Of a DNA stretch of 64,000 nt, positions 43,496 through 57,525 are shown in pieces (position 1 is the first letter of the stretch; each line of letters starts with the position of its first letter). Under the pieces are notes generated by a model. That model saw nothing but the letters and a program-made list of their open reading frames with translations, ran no database searches and was not told where the DNA came from. The DNA is from Amoebidium appalachense (taxonomy: Eukaryota > Protista > Ichthyosporea): contig CAVNZM010000017.1 in NCBI GenBank assembly GCA_963693365.1, forward strand, positions 659,989-723,988. The letters are read 5' to 3'. The translations under genes and the position numbers were made by a program.

Positions 43496-46400
43496 GGCAC
43501 GGACGGAGGAGGACATGACGACGGGGGAAGAGTTTTCACCGTAGTCAACACCGTAGACTTGGGTGAAACCCTTGGCCACACCACGACCCTTGATCTTGGT
43601 GTCACCAGCAGAGTTGAGGACCTTCTCCGTGACAATCCACTTGAATCGGATGATGTTGGCATCGGAGGGGGGCTCAACTACGTCGAAGATGTCCTTGTCG
43701 ATGAAAGCCTTGTACTCGGCAGTGAGGGCAGTCACCACTTCATCACCCTTGGTGCCAGAGCACAGCTTCTGAATTGACCGGGGCAGCTGAGACACATCAA
43801 GGCTGGGTCGGGAGATGCTCACCATAGCCATGGCAGGCCGGGAGGAGAGACGGGAGGAACGACGGGGGACGGTACGGAGTGGCTCAGGGGCCGGGGGGGT
43901 GTCTGGGACAGACACTCGGTGGTCGGGGGATGGGGGCCTGGAAGCCAGGGATGGGTGCCGTGTTGAAGGGGGAGTCGGATAACACGGGGCTGGACGGGGC
44001 CGAGTGGAACTCCGGAGACCCAGGACGAACCGGGGTGAGATGACCAGGTACGTGGTCATTGACGGCAGGGGCCGGCAGCAGGGGTTGCTGGCCGGTGGGG
44101 GGGGGGGTGGGTGGAGCCACGGGGGCAGGTACACAACGGGGGGAACGACGGATAATCACCGACGGAATTTCATCGTCATCGGAATTGGAATTTCCGGAAT
44201 GCAGGGATGAATCGATTGAGGTCGTCTAATTGGTGGCCTGCACAGAAATCTGATTGGATGCCGTGGTGAATTGTGATTCGTCGAAGACGACATCGCGGGA
44301 GAGGTTGACCGTGTTGCCACGTAGATTCATGATCTTGTGGGCTTTGTTGGTGATATCCCAGCCCACGTAGGTGCCGAGTTTGACGGTAGAGGCCAACTTG
44401 TCTCGTTTGGATGCAGGGACGTGTACATAGGCTGGGCAGCCGAACACGTGCAGGTGGGAGATGTCAGGCTTGACACCGTAGAAAATTTCAAACGGTGTAC
44501 GGCCATTGGCAGCTCTGGCCGGGGTCACGTTGATGATGTAGGCAGCATGCTTGAGAGCAGCTCCCCACAGCTTGGGGGAAAGGGAGTCGGCCTTGTCCTG
44601 ATGAAGGAAGCACCGAACGATCTCCTGCAGATCCCTCATCTTACGTTCAACGAAGCCGTTGAGTTGGGGGCAGTCAACCGGGGCAAATTCCTGAATGATG
44701 CCCTTGGACTGGCAGTACTGCTCCATAGCGTGGGAGGTGAACTCGGACCCAGAGTCTGAACGGAAGTGGGTCACCACCTTGTCGGGTTGCTTGTCAGTAG
44801 TCTCAACCAGGGCCTTGACGTATTCGAGAGTTTCGGATCGATCACGGAGGAGGTACACGATGGTGTAGCCGGAGGCATCACAGGTACACACGAGGGCCAC
44901 CTTGTAGCCACCATAGGAGGCACAGGGAGGCTCGAAGAAGTCCATGTGCCACTTGGCACCGGGGAAGGGGCACTGGGTTCTGGTGCCGGAGAATGGGGCC
45001 TTGGTGGTCTTGCCGGAGACACAACCGAAGCAGTCAGTGGTGTCAGCCACTGAGAGGGATGAGGGGAGGCCTGTCACGAGGTCACCTCTCACCATCTTGG
45101 TGAGGGTGGACAGGGCACGATGGCCGAGACGGTGGTGCCAGAGCTGAGGATCATTGTTGACCTTGACGTTGGCTACCAGAGCCGTGACGGTCCGAGGGAT
45201 GGAGGGACGTATCTCATAGTCGGTGATGAAGTACAGTCCATCTGTGCCTGTGAGGGAACACACGATGTTGCCACCACGAGTGTAGAGGTAGGATGGGAAT
45301 TCATCCTCATCATCTAGGTGGGCAAGGAGACCCGACTTGGAGGCCATTGAGGGTGATATCAGGAAGGCTGGGGAGTCGGGTACATAGAGGGTGTTGAGGC
45401 TCAGTACGGATGTTACTCCGTTGTAGGTGACGGCCAGGTTGATGACACCACGGTGATGTGCAGTGACGATGCCGAGGCCGTGGACGTCAGTCGGGGGGCA
45501 TGGCTCAAGAGTAGAGAAGTACTCTTTTACTGGGCACACGTGGACGTTTGAAGCCGAGTCCCAGCAGGGGTCCATGGGTAGGGAGGCCGTGGTGGACACG
45601 AGGGCAAAATGCACCTCTTTTCCAGACTTGGTGTTGGCACGGTGACGACGGGCAATTGAGCAGCCAGGTTTGTCACACTGTGTGACATGATGGTCTTCGT
45701 GACAGTAGGCACAGTCGAGGGAGCCAGTGGTCTTGGCTCGGGTTGGCTGGGAATGACGGTTACCCCCTTTACGTGGGGGGTAAGGTGACCGGGAACGATA
45801 GCCGGGGGAACGGGACCGTGAGTAATCACGGTCAACTGAGGGGGATCGATCGGTGGGACGACCGCGGGGGTGACGGGAGACGGAGCTGTCACGTCGGGGG
45901 ATCCGGTGTCTGAGGTCGTCCTTGGTGAGTACACGGCTTTGCAGGGCACGTGCTGTTCGGACGGTGGAGGAGGACCCGGACCCAGAGTCGATGAGACCTT
46001 CACGGATCTCTGCAGCTCTGATGTCACTGATTAGACGGTTGTAGGTCTCGTAGTTAATGGTACGACGGAAGTAGTCGGCAATCATGGCCTGGATGTCGGT
46101 ACAAACTAACTTACGGTTCTTCTTGAGGTGGATGAAGAAGTTATCAACCATAGTCTTGTGAGGAATGGGCTCTTCGAGGATGTGCAGGGTAGTGCACAGA
46201 CGGCGTGCCATGGTGAGGTAGGCCGTGACGGTCTTGAAGTCTTTGAGTTCAAGCTCATGGTAGTCGAGGAGGATTTGACGAGCACGATCTTCACGTTCAG
46301 CCGCATAGGTCATACGGAGGTTGTGGAAAGCTTGGGCAGGTGACACATCATCGTGGATTTGACCAGAGTTATACAGCTCATCATTGGAGACGAGTTGAGT

Positions 46401-46658
46401 AAACATCTGTTCAAGGAGGTTGGAAGCCTCGGTGTAGGCCTCCTCAGTGTCGTAGCCGTGCCACTCATTCTCGTCGGAAGGGTCGACCCACTCGGGGGCC
46501 TTGATGACGGGCACTAACTTGGCCGCGGTGGTGGTACGTAGGTACCGGAAGATGACGGGTTCCCACTCATAATAGGTGAGACGTTTGCCGGACTTCTTGT
46601 CCGTGGTGTCATCCCCTTTCCAGGGGGTGAGGTTGAGATACGCAGGTTTCTCCGACAT
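43496..46658 (-). pseudogene. Copia A1 gag-protease-integrase, linker and start of RT
   Basis: MSEKPAY..; CAYCHEDHHVTQC; WDSAS; WHHRLGH; WHMD/RSDSGSEF/NGFVER; SRDVVFDE. In-frame TAG at 44226-44228 (CAG in A2) and an extra G at ~43927, then KIKGRGVAKGFTQVYGVDY. Confidence 0.92.
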
Positions 46659-46776
46659 GGTGATCAATCAGTCAGATGATGCGTGAGAGAGGAATCAGAT
46701 CGGTATTCAAATTTGAATATTTTTGATTGCAGCGAGAGTATGTGTTGCGAGAGCGTGCGAAAATGGGCCTTTAACC

Positions 46777-47543
46777 TGTTGTTTTGTACGGGTCTAAGGG
46801 AGCAGAGTGCACAGAGGTGTCATGTAAAACACGACTAACACATTAATGAGAGGGCAATCGGAGTTGTTCACGAGACATTGAAAAGATTTCAAACAACAAC
46901 TGAATCTTTATTGTGCTCTCGGTTCCTTTTGTACTTGCGACTTATCACCTTATCACAACTAAAGAGGGAGAACCAATCGGTTCTATCAGAAGATAGAAAA
47001 ACACATTCCGACAGAGCATACGCATTCCAACTTCCGATTAAACTAAAGTGTAGAAACTCTTACTTAAAAAAATTAAGTAATTATACATCTAGCCACTATT
47101 AATTCACATATATATTTATGTTCGTCTCTATAAAGAAACTTATTTAAATACATATATTTCCTAACAGTCGACACTCTCAAAGTGAAGACACTTTGCAATA
47201 AACCGAATTCCATATATATCTATTGTCCAATCACAACACACATATATTAACAGACAGGAATGCACAACACAATCTACAGATGTACTCGCTCGCGACTATT
47301 GGCGAGCCATCCTTTTGAGAACAAAACTAAGCCATTTTGAAATAAAGGAAAGACAACGAGTGAGGCTAGCCAATCACGCTACCTCTCAGATAAACAGAGG
47401 AGAGCAAACAGAAATAAAAACACAATAAGTTCTTATCAGGCAAGAGAGCCAGGTGTGCACAGATCTACCGATATCTGTGCCCACAGAAACAAGGGAGAGA
47501 GAGATACGGGGGGGGGGGGGGGGGGGGGAGAGAGAGGGAGAGG

Positions 47544-47641
<98 letters not shown>

Positions 47642-47733
47642 ACAAAGGAGGAAAGCAGACACGAATACAAACAAGCTAGGACACATACATACTTCAAGGC
47701 TCTTGCTGTCATACATGGTGACGTATTCCAACA
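46777..47733 (-). repeat. 5' LTR of copia A1
   Basis: Adjacent to the PBS; matches 33784-34756. Confidence 0.95.
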
Positions 47734-48906
47734 CTCACCCCTTAAAAAAAACCACACACATACGTGCACGTGTACACACACACACACAACACCACCACCA
47801 CCTCCACTAAACCCCATTTCCTCGTTGTTTTCTTAAGCCTTCAGACCAGTCCTGTACACTGGAGTTAAACAATTGAATTCACCTAGGCTGACATGCATCC
47901 ACCCCCGCCTTCCACTTCCCTCCCCCCCACCCCCACCCCCACCCCCCCACCCCCACCCCCTTCCCCTCAATGAAGAAGGGGGGGGGGGGGGGGGGGAGGG
48001 AGGGGAAGGGGGGAGCTCTCGAGCCTCCGGGTAGGGAAATGGGGTCCGGGGATCCGGAGAGGGGGGTGGGGGGGGGGGGGGGGGGGAAGGGGCATATAAT
48101 ATTGGGCCTATAGCTAGATATCATAGTATGGGGCCCCGGGGGAGGAAGAGGTGGGAGGGGGGGGGGGGGGGAGGGAGGATCCACGGGAAAGACCTTTAGG
48201 TGCATGTTCTTATTTATACCCCCTTCGAATCATCCCCCCCCCTCCCCCCCCCCCCCCTGAGTGCAGGCCGTGACGTAGCTACGGTAACCCTGCAGAAGGC
48301 AACAAAAATGTATTACTTACTAGCACTGTACATGTGTTCATAGTGCAGCTTGCACCACGTATGATCTCAGCAACTTTAAAGTAGTCACAAAGTTTAGTTA
48401 TTTTCATTATTTTCATTGCTCTGAACTCTATTACTCTGAAACGATCACCGTGCATGTGCCGCAAAATAACAACCCTATATGTGTGCAGCTGCAGCCTGCA
48501 GGTTCGACTCGCTGAAAAGACAATTGTCAGTGTGCATGCTGATCCGACGCTTGCAGCTGCAGCTAGCCTCTGCAACATTAATACTTGCCAAGTGAATGCT
48601 CTTACACTTGATCATCATTCACTCAAAAAACCGAGGACCGACAGATTAAATATTAATGTCGATCCGAACGATCAGCAAGTGTCTATGTGTACTACTATAT
48701 ACACACACACGTTAAAAAGCGAAGCTATCAGTTACAAGGCACACCTGCTGCACTGGCACACATGCACACACACACCGGCAGATCGATGCTGCCAAAATTT
48801 ACTTTCATGTACTTCGTCGGTCCGACACAGGTGCACATGAACACGTACATATGTACAAGCCGCGCACACACCACACCACAAACACAGCAGGCGTGTTCCT
48901 CCAGGT

Positions 48907-48965
<59 letters not shown>

Positions 48966-49345
48966 TGGATGGTGGTGCTGGTGGTGCTGGTGGTGTTTTT
49001 TTTTCGTTTTTTGTTTTTTTTTCTCTGGTGGTGGTGGTGGTGGGAGGGGGGTGGGGGGGGGGGGGGGGGAGGGGAGAATAGGGAGAGCGCTGATGGTGGT
49101 GGTGGTGTGTGTGTGTGTATGTGTGTGGGGGGGGGAGGGGGGCAGGGGTGTAAAGTGCTCTCTCACTGCAGACTGATATTATTCCATGATGCAGGGGTTG
49201 TGTGTCGACTGACGGATAAATTTAAAGCAAGAAGTAAGAAGAGAGCAAGCCAGCTGGAAATAGACACCAACCGCCTGTATGGAAGACTACAGAAGGTTAC
49301 GTAAGAACACACATGCACATGTGCACACACACACACATACGGACA

Positions 49346-49426
<81 letters not shown>

Positions 49427-50083
49427 CGAAAATGAACTGCTGTTCATGTACTTGCCTGGTTTACCAAACAAGCAACCCGTATCCCCCCCCCCCCCCCCCC
49501 CCCCCTCTCCCCACCCCCTTCCCTCTTCCCGCCCCCCGCTTCTGAGAAGAATGAGGTATTAACATCCTGCATCGTTTCACCCAAACACGTGTGCAAAGAC
49601 AACACACAACCCATACTGTGTGAGTTGTGTGTTGTCTTTGCACACGTGTGTGGGTAAAACCTCTGCCAGTTTAGCGTTTTATGTGTATGTGGATATGTGG
49701 ATGTTGGTAAGCCAGAGAGGAGATTATCGCCATCAAAAGTTTTTGTGTTGTTGTTCGTGCAAATGTAAACAGACGTTATGCACATTTTGGCCTAATGCAC
49801 TGCACGTGTTGATCAGTGCACGTGCTGATCTCATGTGTTGCATTTGTGAAAATGTTACATATGTGAATTGGTTACACGTGTGAATTCGTTGCACGTGTGA
49901 ATTTGTTGCACGTGTGAATTTGTTACACGTGTGAATTTGTTGCACGTGCCAACCTAACACACTGCACATGCAGATGGCCGGGGCGTTGGTTGCTGCCGAC
50001 ACGAAGGGCCTACTTGGTGAGGGTGCACAGGCACGCACAGAGGCTGCGGCAATAGGCTATGACCCTTTTCCTCCCCCCGCAAC

Positions 50084-50205
<122 letters not shown>

Positions 50206-50623
50206 TGTGAGAGAGAGAGATGAATTAACACGCTTTCACCTGCTCACACACACTGTTAACGCCCGCAAGCACATGCACATATACACACCCCAACACCAGC
50301 CAAGCCAACACCAAGTAGATTTTGTGACGTATGTCCAATGGCTATCCGTTCAACTAATAAGGCTATCTTAATGTATATCCAGCTGACAGCTTTCTAAGAT
50401 TATCCAACTTATGGCTTTTCTAAGGTATTGCCAACTGATAACTATCCCAATGTTTATCCAATTGATGGTGTTATCTCAAAGTAAATCCAACTAATATTCA
50501 TCCCAACATATATCCAACTGATATCTATCCAAATACATGTCCCAATTATGACTATCCCACAGAGCAACAAGTAGTCCCATGGCAAGATGCATCAAAAGCC
50601 TCGGCCTGCACAGTTAGTACCCC

Positions 50624-50654
<31 letters not shown>

Positions 50655-51197
50655 ACGACACACACACGTACACACCCACACACCCTCGTCGTAGTTCCTT
50701 CTTCTTCTTCTTCTTTTTTTTTTTTTTCCTTTTTTTTTGGGGGGGGGGGGGGGGGGGGGGGGAGGGGAAGGGGGGAGAGGAGGGGAAGGAGGGGGGGGGA
50801 GGGGAGAGAGGGGGAGGGGGGGGGGAGGGGGGCAGTTGTGTTGACCGTTTTCATGGGTTTGGACTGCATGTCATCCTTGCCTCCCCCCTCACCTTCGTTT
50901 GGGCCCAGACACCGAACACCCTTTGTCCCGTCCACCTGTTCTGTCGTATGTGTGTGTGTGAGGGAACAAAGAGGAGATACCGCAAAGGAGGGGGAGAGGG
51001 GGGGGGAGGGAGGGGGGGGGGGGGGGGCAAGAAAGTAAAGAAATACAAGTTCAGGAATTCGCGACACATGAAGCCAATGCCTAGTTTCAGGCGCCTAGTT
51101 CACACCTCGCACACACTGTTTTTTTTCTTGCAGGTGTGCCAGCGCCAACTGCGACTTTTCAGCCGTCTTCACCACTGCCGATTATGTGGGCGGGTGG

Positions 51198-51944
51198 TGT
51201 TGTTTTGTAAGGGTCTAAGGGAGCAGAGTTGCACAGAGGTGTCATGTAAAACACGACTAACACATTAATGAGAGGGCAATCGGAGTTGTTCACGAGACAT
51301 TGAAAGAATTCAAACAACAACTGAATCTTTATTGTGCTCTCGGTTCCTTTTGTACTTGCGACTTATCACCTTATCACAACTAAAGAGGGAGAACCAATCG
51401 GTTCTATCAGAAGATAGAAAAACACATTCCGACAGAGCATACGCATTCCAACTTCCTATTAAACTAAAGTGTAGAAACTCTTACTTAAATAAATTAAGTA
51501 ATTATACATCTAGTCACTATTAACTCACATATATATTTATGTTCGTCTCTATAAAGAAACCTATTTAAATACATATATTTCCTAATAGTCGACACTCTCA
51601 AAGTGAAGACACTTTGCAATAAACCGAATTCCATATATATCTATTGTCCAATCACAACACATATATATTAATAGATAGGAATGCACAACACAATCTACAG
51701 ATGTACTCGCTCGCGACTATTGGCGAGCCATCCTTTTGAGAACAAAACTAAGCCATTTTGAAATAAAGGAAAGACAACGAGTGAGGCTAGCCAATCACGC
51801 TACCTCTCAGATAAACAGAGGAGAGCAAACAGAAATAAAAACACAATAAGTTCTTATCAGGCAAGAGAGCCAGGTGTGCACAGATCTACAGATATCTGTG
51901 CTCACAGAAACAAGGGAGAGAGAGATACGGGGGGGGGGGGGGGG

Positions 51945-52022
<78 letters not shown>

Positions 52023-55000
52023 ACAAAGAAGGAAAGCAGACACGAATACAAACAAGCTAAGACACATACATACTTCAAGGCTCTTGCTGTCATACATGGT
52101 GACGTATTCCAACATCCCCACTCAAGGGGTTGAAGTTTGTGTTCTCGTGTCTGTTGATGTGACGGTAGATGAGGTCCAAACACAGGAGGGGCCGTCACAC
52201 TCAAGTTTCCCCACTCGAGGATGCAAACCGAAGATCCTTGAGGTGGGGAGGAGAAAATCAAAACTGAAAAGGCACACAACGACGGTTGCCTCTGAAGACT
52301 CGGAACAATAAATCATGGTGGTTATCGTCGATATACATATATAGAGGAAACGCTAGTGTATGTGTGACGTGTTGGTGGCTAATGGTTTATACTGGGGACC
52401 ACCCAGGTAAACACAAGGCGTGAACATCTTGTGGACTGATTTATAGACTGGTGGTCAACCAGTTAAGACATGGGGAAGGTGCATCCCGTGGACTAGGTTT
52501 AGACTGGCAGTCAACCAGCACGTCATGGTTATAGATAGTTATTTATACTGGGACGCCATCCCAGTTCGACATATATATAAAGTCGAATATAGAAGAAAAC
52601 CAATATATATGGTGGGATATGAATATAAATAAACGACGGATGGTGGAGAATAATCCCCACTGAAGATGCACACATATGACGATGTAAGACTGAGTCCCCA
52701 CTGATGAAGAGAAACGATGAGGAGTAGTAGACTTTCGTTGGGAGGCATCTTGATCACTGTAGGGGTGTCAACTGCTGTCCAGGGCCCCAACCTACTCAGA
52801 AACCACTCGATGATGAACACCAGTGCACGGGTCAGTCACGGAGACTGAGGTTGGCACGGTGTGTGTCGTGGGCCGGACCAGCCAGAGGCTTGGTGAAGAT
52901 GTCGGCCAGGTTCTTCTTGGTGTCGATGTAGGTGACAGTGACGTCCCCACTGTTGATGTAGTCCTTGGTGTTGAAGTAACGACGGGGGACGGGACGAAGG
53001 GGCTCAGGGGCCGGGGGGGTGGCTGGGGCAGACACTTGGGGGTCTGTAATGGGAGCCTGGAAGCCGGGGATGGGTGCCGTGTTGAGGGGGGAGTCGGATG
53101 ACACGGGGCTGGACAGGGCCGAGTGGAACTCCGGAGACCCAGGACGAACCGGGGTTAGATGACCAGGTACGTGGTCATTGACGGCAGGGGCCGGCAGCAG
53201 GGGTTGCTGGCCGGAGGGGGGGTGGATGGGTGGACCCACGGGGGCAGGCACACGACGGGGGGAACGACGGAGAATCACTGACTGAATCTCATCGTCATCG
53301 GAGTGAGGATCCAGGGACGGCAGTGATGGATCGATTGAGGTCGGCTGATTGGTGGCCGGCACAGAAATCTGATTGGATGCCGTGGTGAATTGTGATTCGT
53401 CGAAGACAGGGGCTTCGGAAACGGGGGCAGGCAGCACGGTAGGCTGGCTAGTAACGTGGATGGGAACGGCCGGACCTGGCAGCACGTGTTGCTTGCCGGG
53501 GTCGGGGGGTAACGGGGGGGAAACAGCTGCAGGGGTAACTGGGGCCCGTGCAGGGTTTGGGGGAGCTGAGAGCTCGACGAGGCTGGCCACGTGATCGGAG
53601 GAAACTGCTGCCGGAATGCGGGGCAGATCAATGGAATGTGAGGGGTCCGGCGACAGTGACGGCACGGTGGTGGGAACAGGGTTGGAAATCCTGGAAGGGA
53701 GCATGTTGGACGACATGGTAAACGGTTCTGGCAGGGACTCGGGGCCGGGACTCCTAGGGAGTAGGAAAGCACAAAGTGCTTGGACTGTGTTGAACACGGG
53801 AGACTGGAGAGAAGTACCGAATTTGGGTACTTCAGATGGACTTGAGGGAGGATAGTCAAGTCGGATCGAGACGGGGTGTCAAATGATCGTCGATCGGAAT
53901 GGAGCCGGGGTTTGAAATTATATTCAAATGGTGGTCTACGGGGTTCGAAATCTGACGAGTGATTGGGATTTCGATGTTATGGAATGGGAGCCTCCGGGGC
54001 AGACAGGGCGGCGCGGTTGAGACCACGTCGGGACAGGGGGACACGTCATGAAGCGTCAAAGAAGAACTTGGAGCGCGACGGCAGAACCAAGGGTGGAGGA
54101 AGGTTTGACGTGACGGAGAGGAACCAGGACGGAACTGGAAGGAGGGCAAGCTGAAACTTGCAAGGATGGCACGATTGTCAAGGCATGACAGAAGCTCTTG
54201 TCAAGATGAGTCAGATCTTGTCAAGGGGAGTGACGGAGGACCGGTTACGGCCGGTCGCGGGAGGAGCCGAGAGGCTAGGTGACGGCGGGAAGTGCCAGAG
54301 ACGGAATGTGCAGAAAAGCACAGACGGGTTTAGGGGACGCCAGGGAGAGATGTACACGGCCTCAGCACCAAGAGGAAGGGGGGCGGCGTCAATTCACGGA
54401 ATAGGCACTCAACGTTAACACGCAAGTAACCATTAGATGAGGTGCGTGAGGAGCTGACCACAGCTATGATGTGTACCAGGAATTTAACGATTGCTAGTGT
54501 GTTGCGAGAGGGTGCGAAAACTGGGCCCATAACCTGTTGTTTTGTACGGGTCTAAGGGAGCAGAGTTGCACAGAGGTGTCATGTAAAACACGACTAACAC
54601 ATTAATGAGAGGGCAATCGGATTTGTTCACGAGACATTGAAAGAATTCAAACAACAACTGAATCTTTATTGTGCTCTCGGTTCCTTTTGTACTTGCGACT
54701 TATCACCTTATCACAACTAAAGAGGGAGAACCAATCGGTTCTATCAGAAGATAGAAAAACACATTCCGACAGAGCATACGCATTCCAACTTCCGATTAAA
54801 CTAAAGTGTAGAAACTCTTACTTAAATAAATTAAGTAATTATACATCTAGTCACTATTAACTCACATATATATTTATGTTCGTCTCTATAAAGAAACCTA
54901 TTTAAATACATATATTTCCTAATAGTCGACACTCTCAAAGTGAAGACACTTTGCAATAAACCGAATTCCATATATATCTATTGTCCAATCACAACACATA

Positions 55001-55285
55001 TATATTAATAGATAGGAATGCACAACACAATCTACAGATGTACTCGCTCGCGACTATTGGCGAGCCATCCTTTTGAGAACAAAACTAAGCCATTTTGAAA
55101 TAAAGGAAAGACAACGAGTGAGGCTAGCCAATCACGCTACCTCTCAGATAAACAGAGGAGAGCAAACAAAAAATAAAAACACAATAAGTTCTTATCAGGC
55201 AAGAGAGCCAGGTGTGCACAGATCTACAGATATCTGTGCTCACAGAAACAAGGGAGAGAGAGATACGGGGGGGGGGGGGGGGGGG

Positions 55286-55361
<76 letters not shown>

Positions 55362-55453
55362 ACAAAGAAGGAAAGCAGACACGAATACAAACAAGCTAAG
55401 ACACATACATACTTCAAGGCTCTTGCTGTCATACATGGTGACGTATTCCAACA
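51198..55453 (-). mobile_element. Non-autonomous family-A LTR element (A2, 4.26 kb)
   Basis: LTRs 51198-52114 and 54535-55453; TSD GGTGG (empty site 9035-9039); PBS GGTTATGGGCCCAG; PPT retained. No gag, integrase core or RT recognised. Confidence 0.95.
52832..53797 (-). CDS. Chimeric proline-rich ORF of A2: unknown N-terminus, IN-RT linker, last ~49 aa of RNase H
   Basis: ..APVFDESQFTTASNQ.. matches the A1 linker; ..PVPRR|YFNTKDYINSGD..LADIFTKPL..LRD* matches the A1 C-terminus. Expression unknown. Confidence 0.5.
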   Translation of the reverse strand: MFNTVQALCAFLLPRSPGPESLPEPFTMSSNMLPSRISNPVPTTVPSLSPDPSHSIDLPRIPAAVSSDHVASLVELSAPPNPARAPVTPAAVSPPLPPDPGKQHVLPGPAVPIHVTSQPTVLPAPVSEAPVFDESQFTTASNQISVPATNQPTSIDPSLPSLDPHSDDDEIQSVILRRSPRRVPAPVGPPIHPPSGQQPLLPAPAVNDHVPGHLTPVRPGSPEFHSALSSPVSSDSPLNTAPIPGFQAPITDPQVSAPATPPAPEPLRPVPRRYFNTKDYINSGDVTVTYIDTKKNLADIFTKPLAGPAHDTHRANLSLRD

Positions 55454-55598
55454 GGTGGTGTGTGACTATGGGTGCTCGGAGATGCTGCCCCTGTCTTATC
55501 TCAGTGAGTGCACTGCATATGTGTGGTGTGTGTTGGGGGGGGGGGGGGGGGGGGGGGGGGGAGGGGGGGGAGGGGGGGGGGGGTAATGTGAATTGGTA

Positions 55599-55687
<89 letters not shown>

Positions 55688-55728
55688 CGCGTGCGCGTGT
55701 GCGTGTGCGTCCCGGGTGTGTGGGGGGT

Positions 55729-55764
<36 letters not shown>

Positions 55765-55964
55765 CTAAGATTGGGTGCATTTTTTTTGTCGTGTGTGTGC
55801 ACGTTTTAACATATCGACCGTTGGAATGGGATTCCCTGCGATTTGCATGTTTGCATTTTGAAGCTGTCTGCAATGAATATACAATGTGTGCAGATATCAT
55901 GGTGACCAATCAGATGTGCCGATTGTTGACCAATCACGCGTGTAGATACCGTTTAAAGCAAGGT

Positions 55965-56219
55965 CCGTATCTACCATTTTAGCGTGTGGGTGGTGAGCCA
56001 CATTGGTGACGTCGTTTTGTTAACAATTATCACGGAGCCGTTTAGGTGCCCAGGGAATGGCGCGGAAATAACGAGGGTGAGGGCAGGCTTTGTCCGATAT
56101 CGACATAGGCCTATGTCGGTATTTATCACAGTTTGATGACGTCTACTGATTGGTCAGAGCCATCTGATAAATGTGGTTCATGGATGCTCGCCGCCCAGAC
56201 GCTAAAATGGTAGATACGG
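55965..56219. mobile_element. Duplicate copy of the 255-bp MITE-like element
   Basis: Same TIRs and AGGT flanks as 9532-9786, so it pre-dates the duplication. Confidence 0.8.
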
Positions 56220-57380
56220 AGGTTGGTTTAATCAGTTACCATGCGACCAATTAGAATAGCAGATACCTGACCAATCACACATGCACATGACATTAAACTA
56301 ATAAAATGCACCGATAACACACACTGACCAATCATCTATGCAGACCAGGTGGGCCAGCTGCTTGGTGCAGGCAGCGGGCAGGGGGCGCTGGGTGGGCTGT
56401 GGGGATATCAGCTGCGCACGTGCACTAGCTGCAGACACCTGATGAAGAGGTACGGTACCTGATACCCTTGCATGTGGTGGTGTGGGTGGTGGGTATATAA
56501 ACATGCTATTTCGAAGGGAAATGATGTAATTGATGAGTGTAAGATGAGGTTAATTGCAAGGGCAACTAACACCTGTGTTGGAATTCTTCGATTGTATAAC
56601 TGCAATGGGGGGATGTACCAAAAAAGGAAATTGCCGAATGTGGGATAGAGGTAGCATTAGGCATTGCACACGGGAACACCGGCTGCGTTATTAAAATGGA
56701 TGGGTGGTGACGTTGTGCACTGACACCAATATGAACGTATTATTGACGTCCTATTTATATCATGCATGAATCTCTTTCGGGTCCGACCCGACCCGGGTCC
56801 CTAATGAAACCCCCTTTATCTGAAATTTTTTGGGGGGGACACAGGCGGGAAGTACTTGCAGCACGAGGATTGGACAAATCCGTTGTAGCACAGTTGTACC
56901 AGGTAGGGGTGAATGTGATTGGATGGTGGGTCTGTATAGTTCTGAAGGCACATTCCAAGGTGGCTCTTAAAAACAACTATTGATAATCACGATAGGATAA
57001 TGGGTTTGATGTGGCATAAAGGCTGTAATCGTATGACATAATTGGTGTTCATATAGACATGTGTGCCATAATACATCATACGCCAAATAGGCCATAATGA
57101 TATGACAAACATAAACGGTATGTGTTCATATGACATATAATTGATGTTTGGTAAATTTGTCATATACATATTATATGGTCTTTCATCTAAGCCGTTACCT
57201 GGTGAATGCTGACGTCATCCTAATTGCAGAAACTAATTGAGCAGCGTGAAGCAGTGGAGAGTCTTATGCCCGAAACCACAGAGTTGATAGCAAGGTGGGT
57301 TGCTTTTGTCCTTCACCGTTTTTTGCTACCTCTTTCGTGCCTTCCACTATCCCCTGTGCGTGTGAGTCTCTCGGGCGCTA

Positions 57381-57486
57381 CAGGGGTCACCCAAAATTAA
57401 GATTACTTGAATTTCGGGTCTAGCCGGCTAGAATCTTAATTTTTGGACCCCTAGCCTCCTAGCCTACACAATCTTAAATCTATCAT

Positions 57487-57525
<39 letters not shown>

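Noticed and set aside
44226-44228. Programmed stop-codon readthrough between IN and RT in A1
   Set aside because: The homologous codon in A2 is CAG and there is no CARYYA context, so a nonsense mutation is simpler.
35738-46343. Long antisense and alternate-frame ORFs over the copia genes
   Set aside because: Shadow ORFs caused by strong third-position C bias; no recognisable domains.
47739-48900. Replacement promoter or first exon for the duplicated RBSN
   Set aside because: No convincing exon or homology, and the copy is disrupted downstream anyway.
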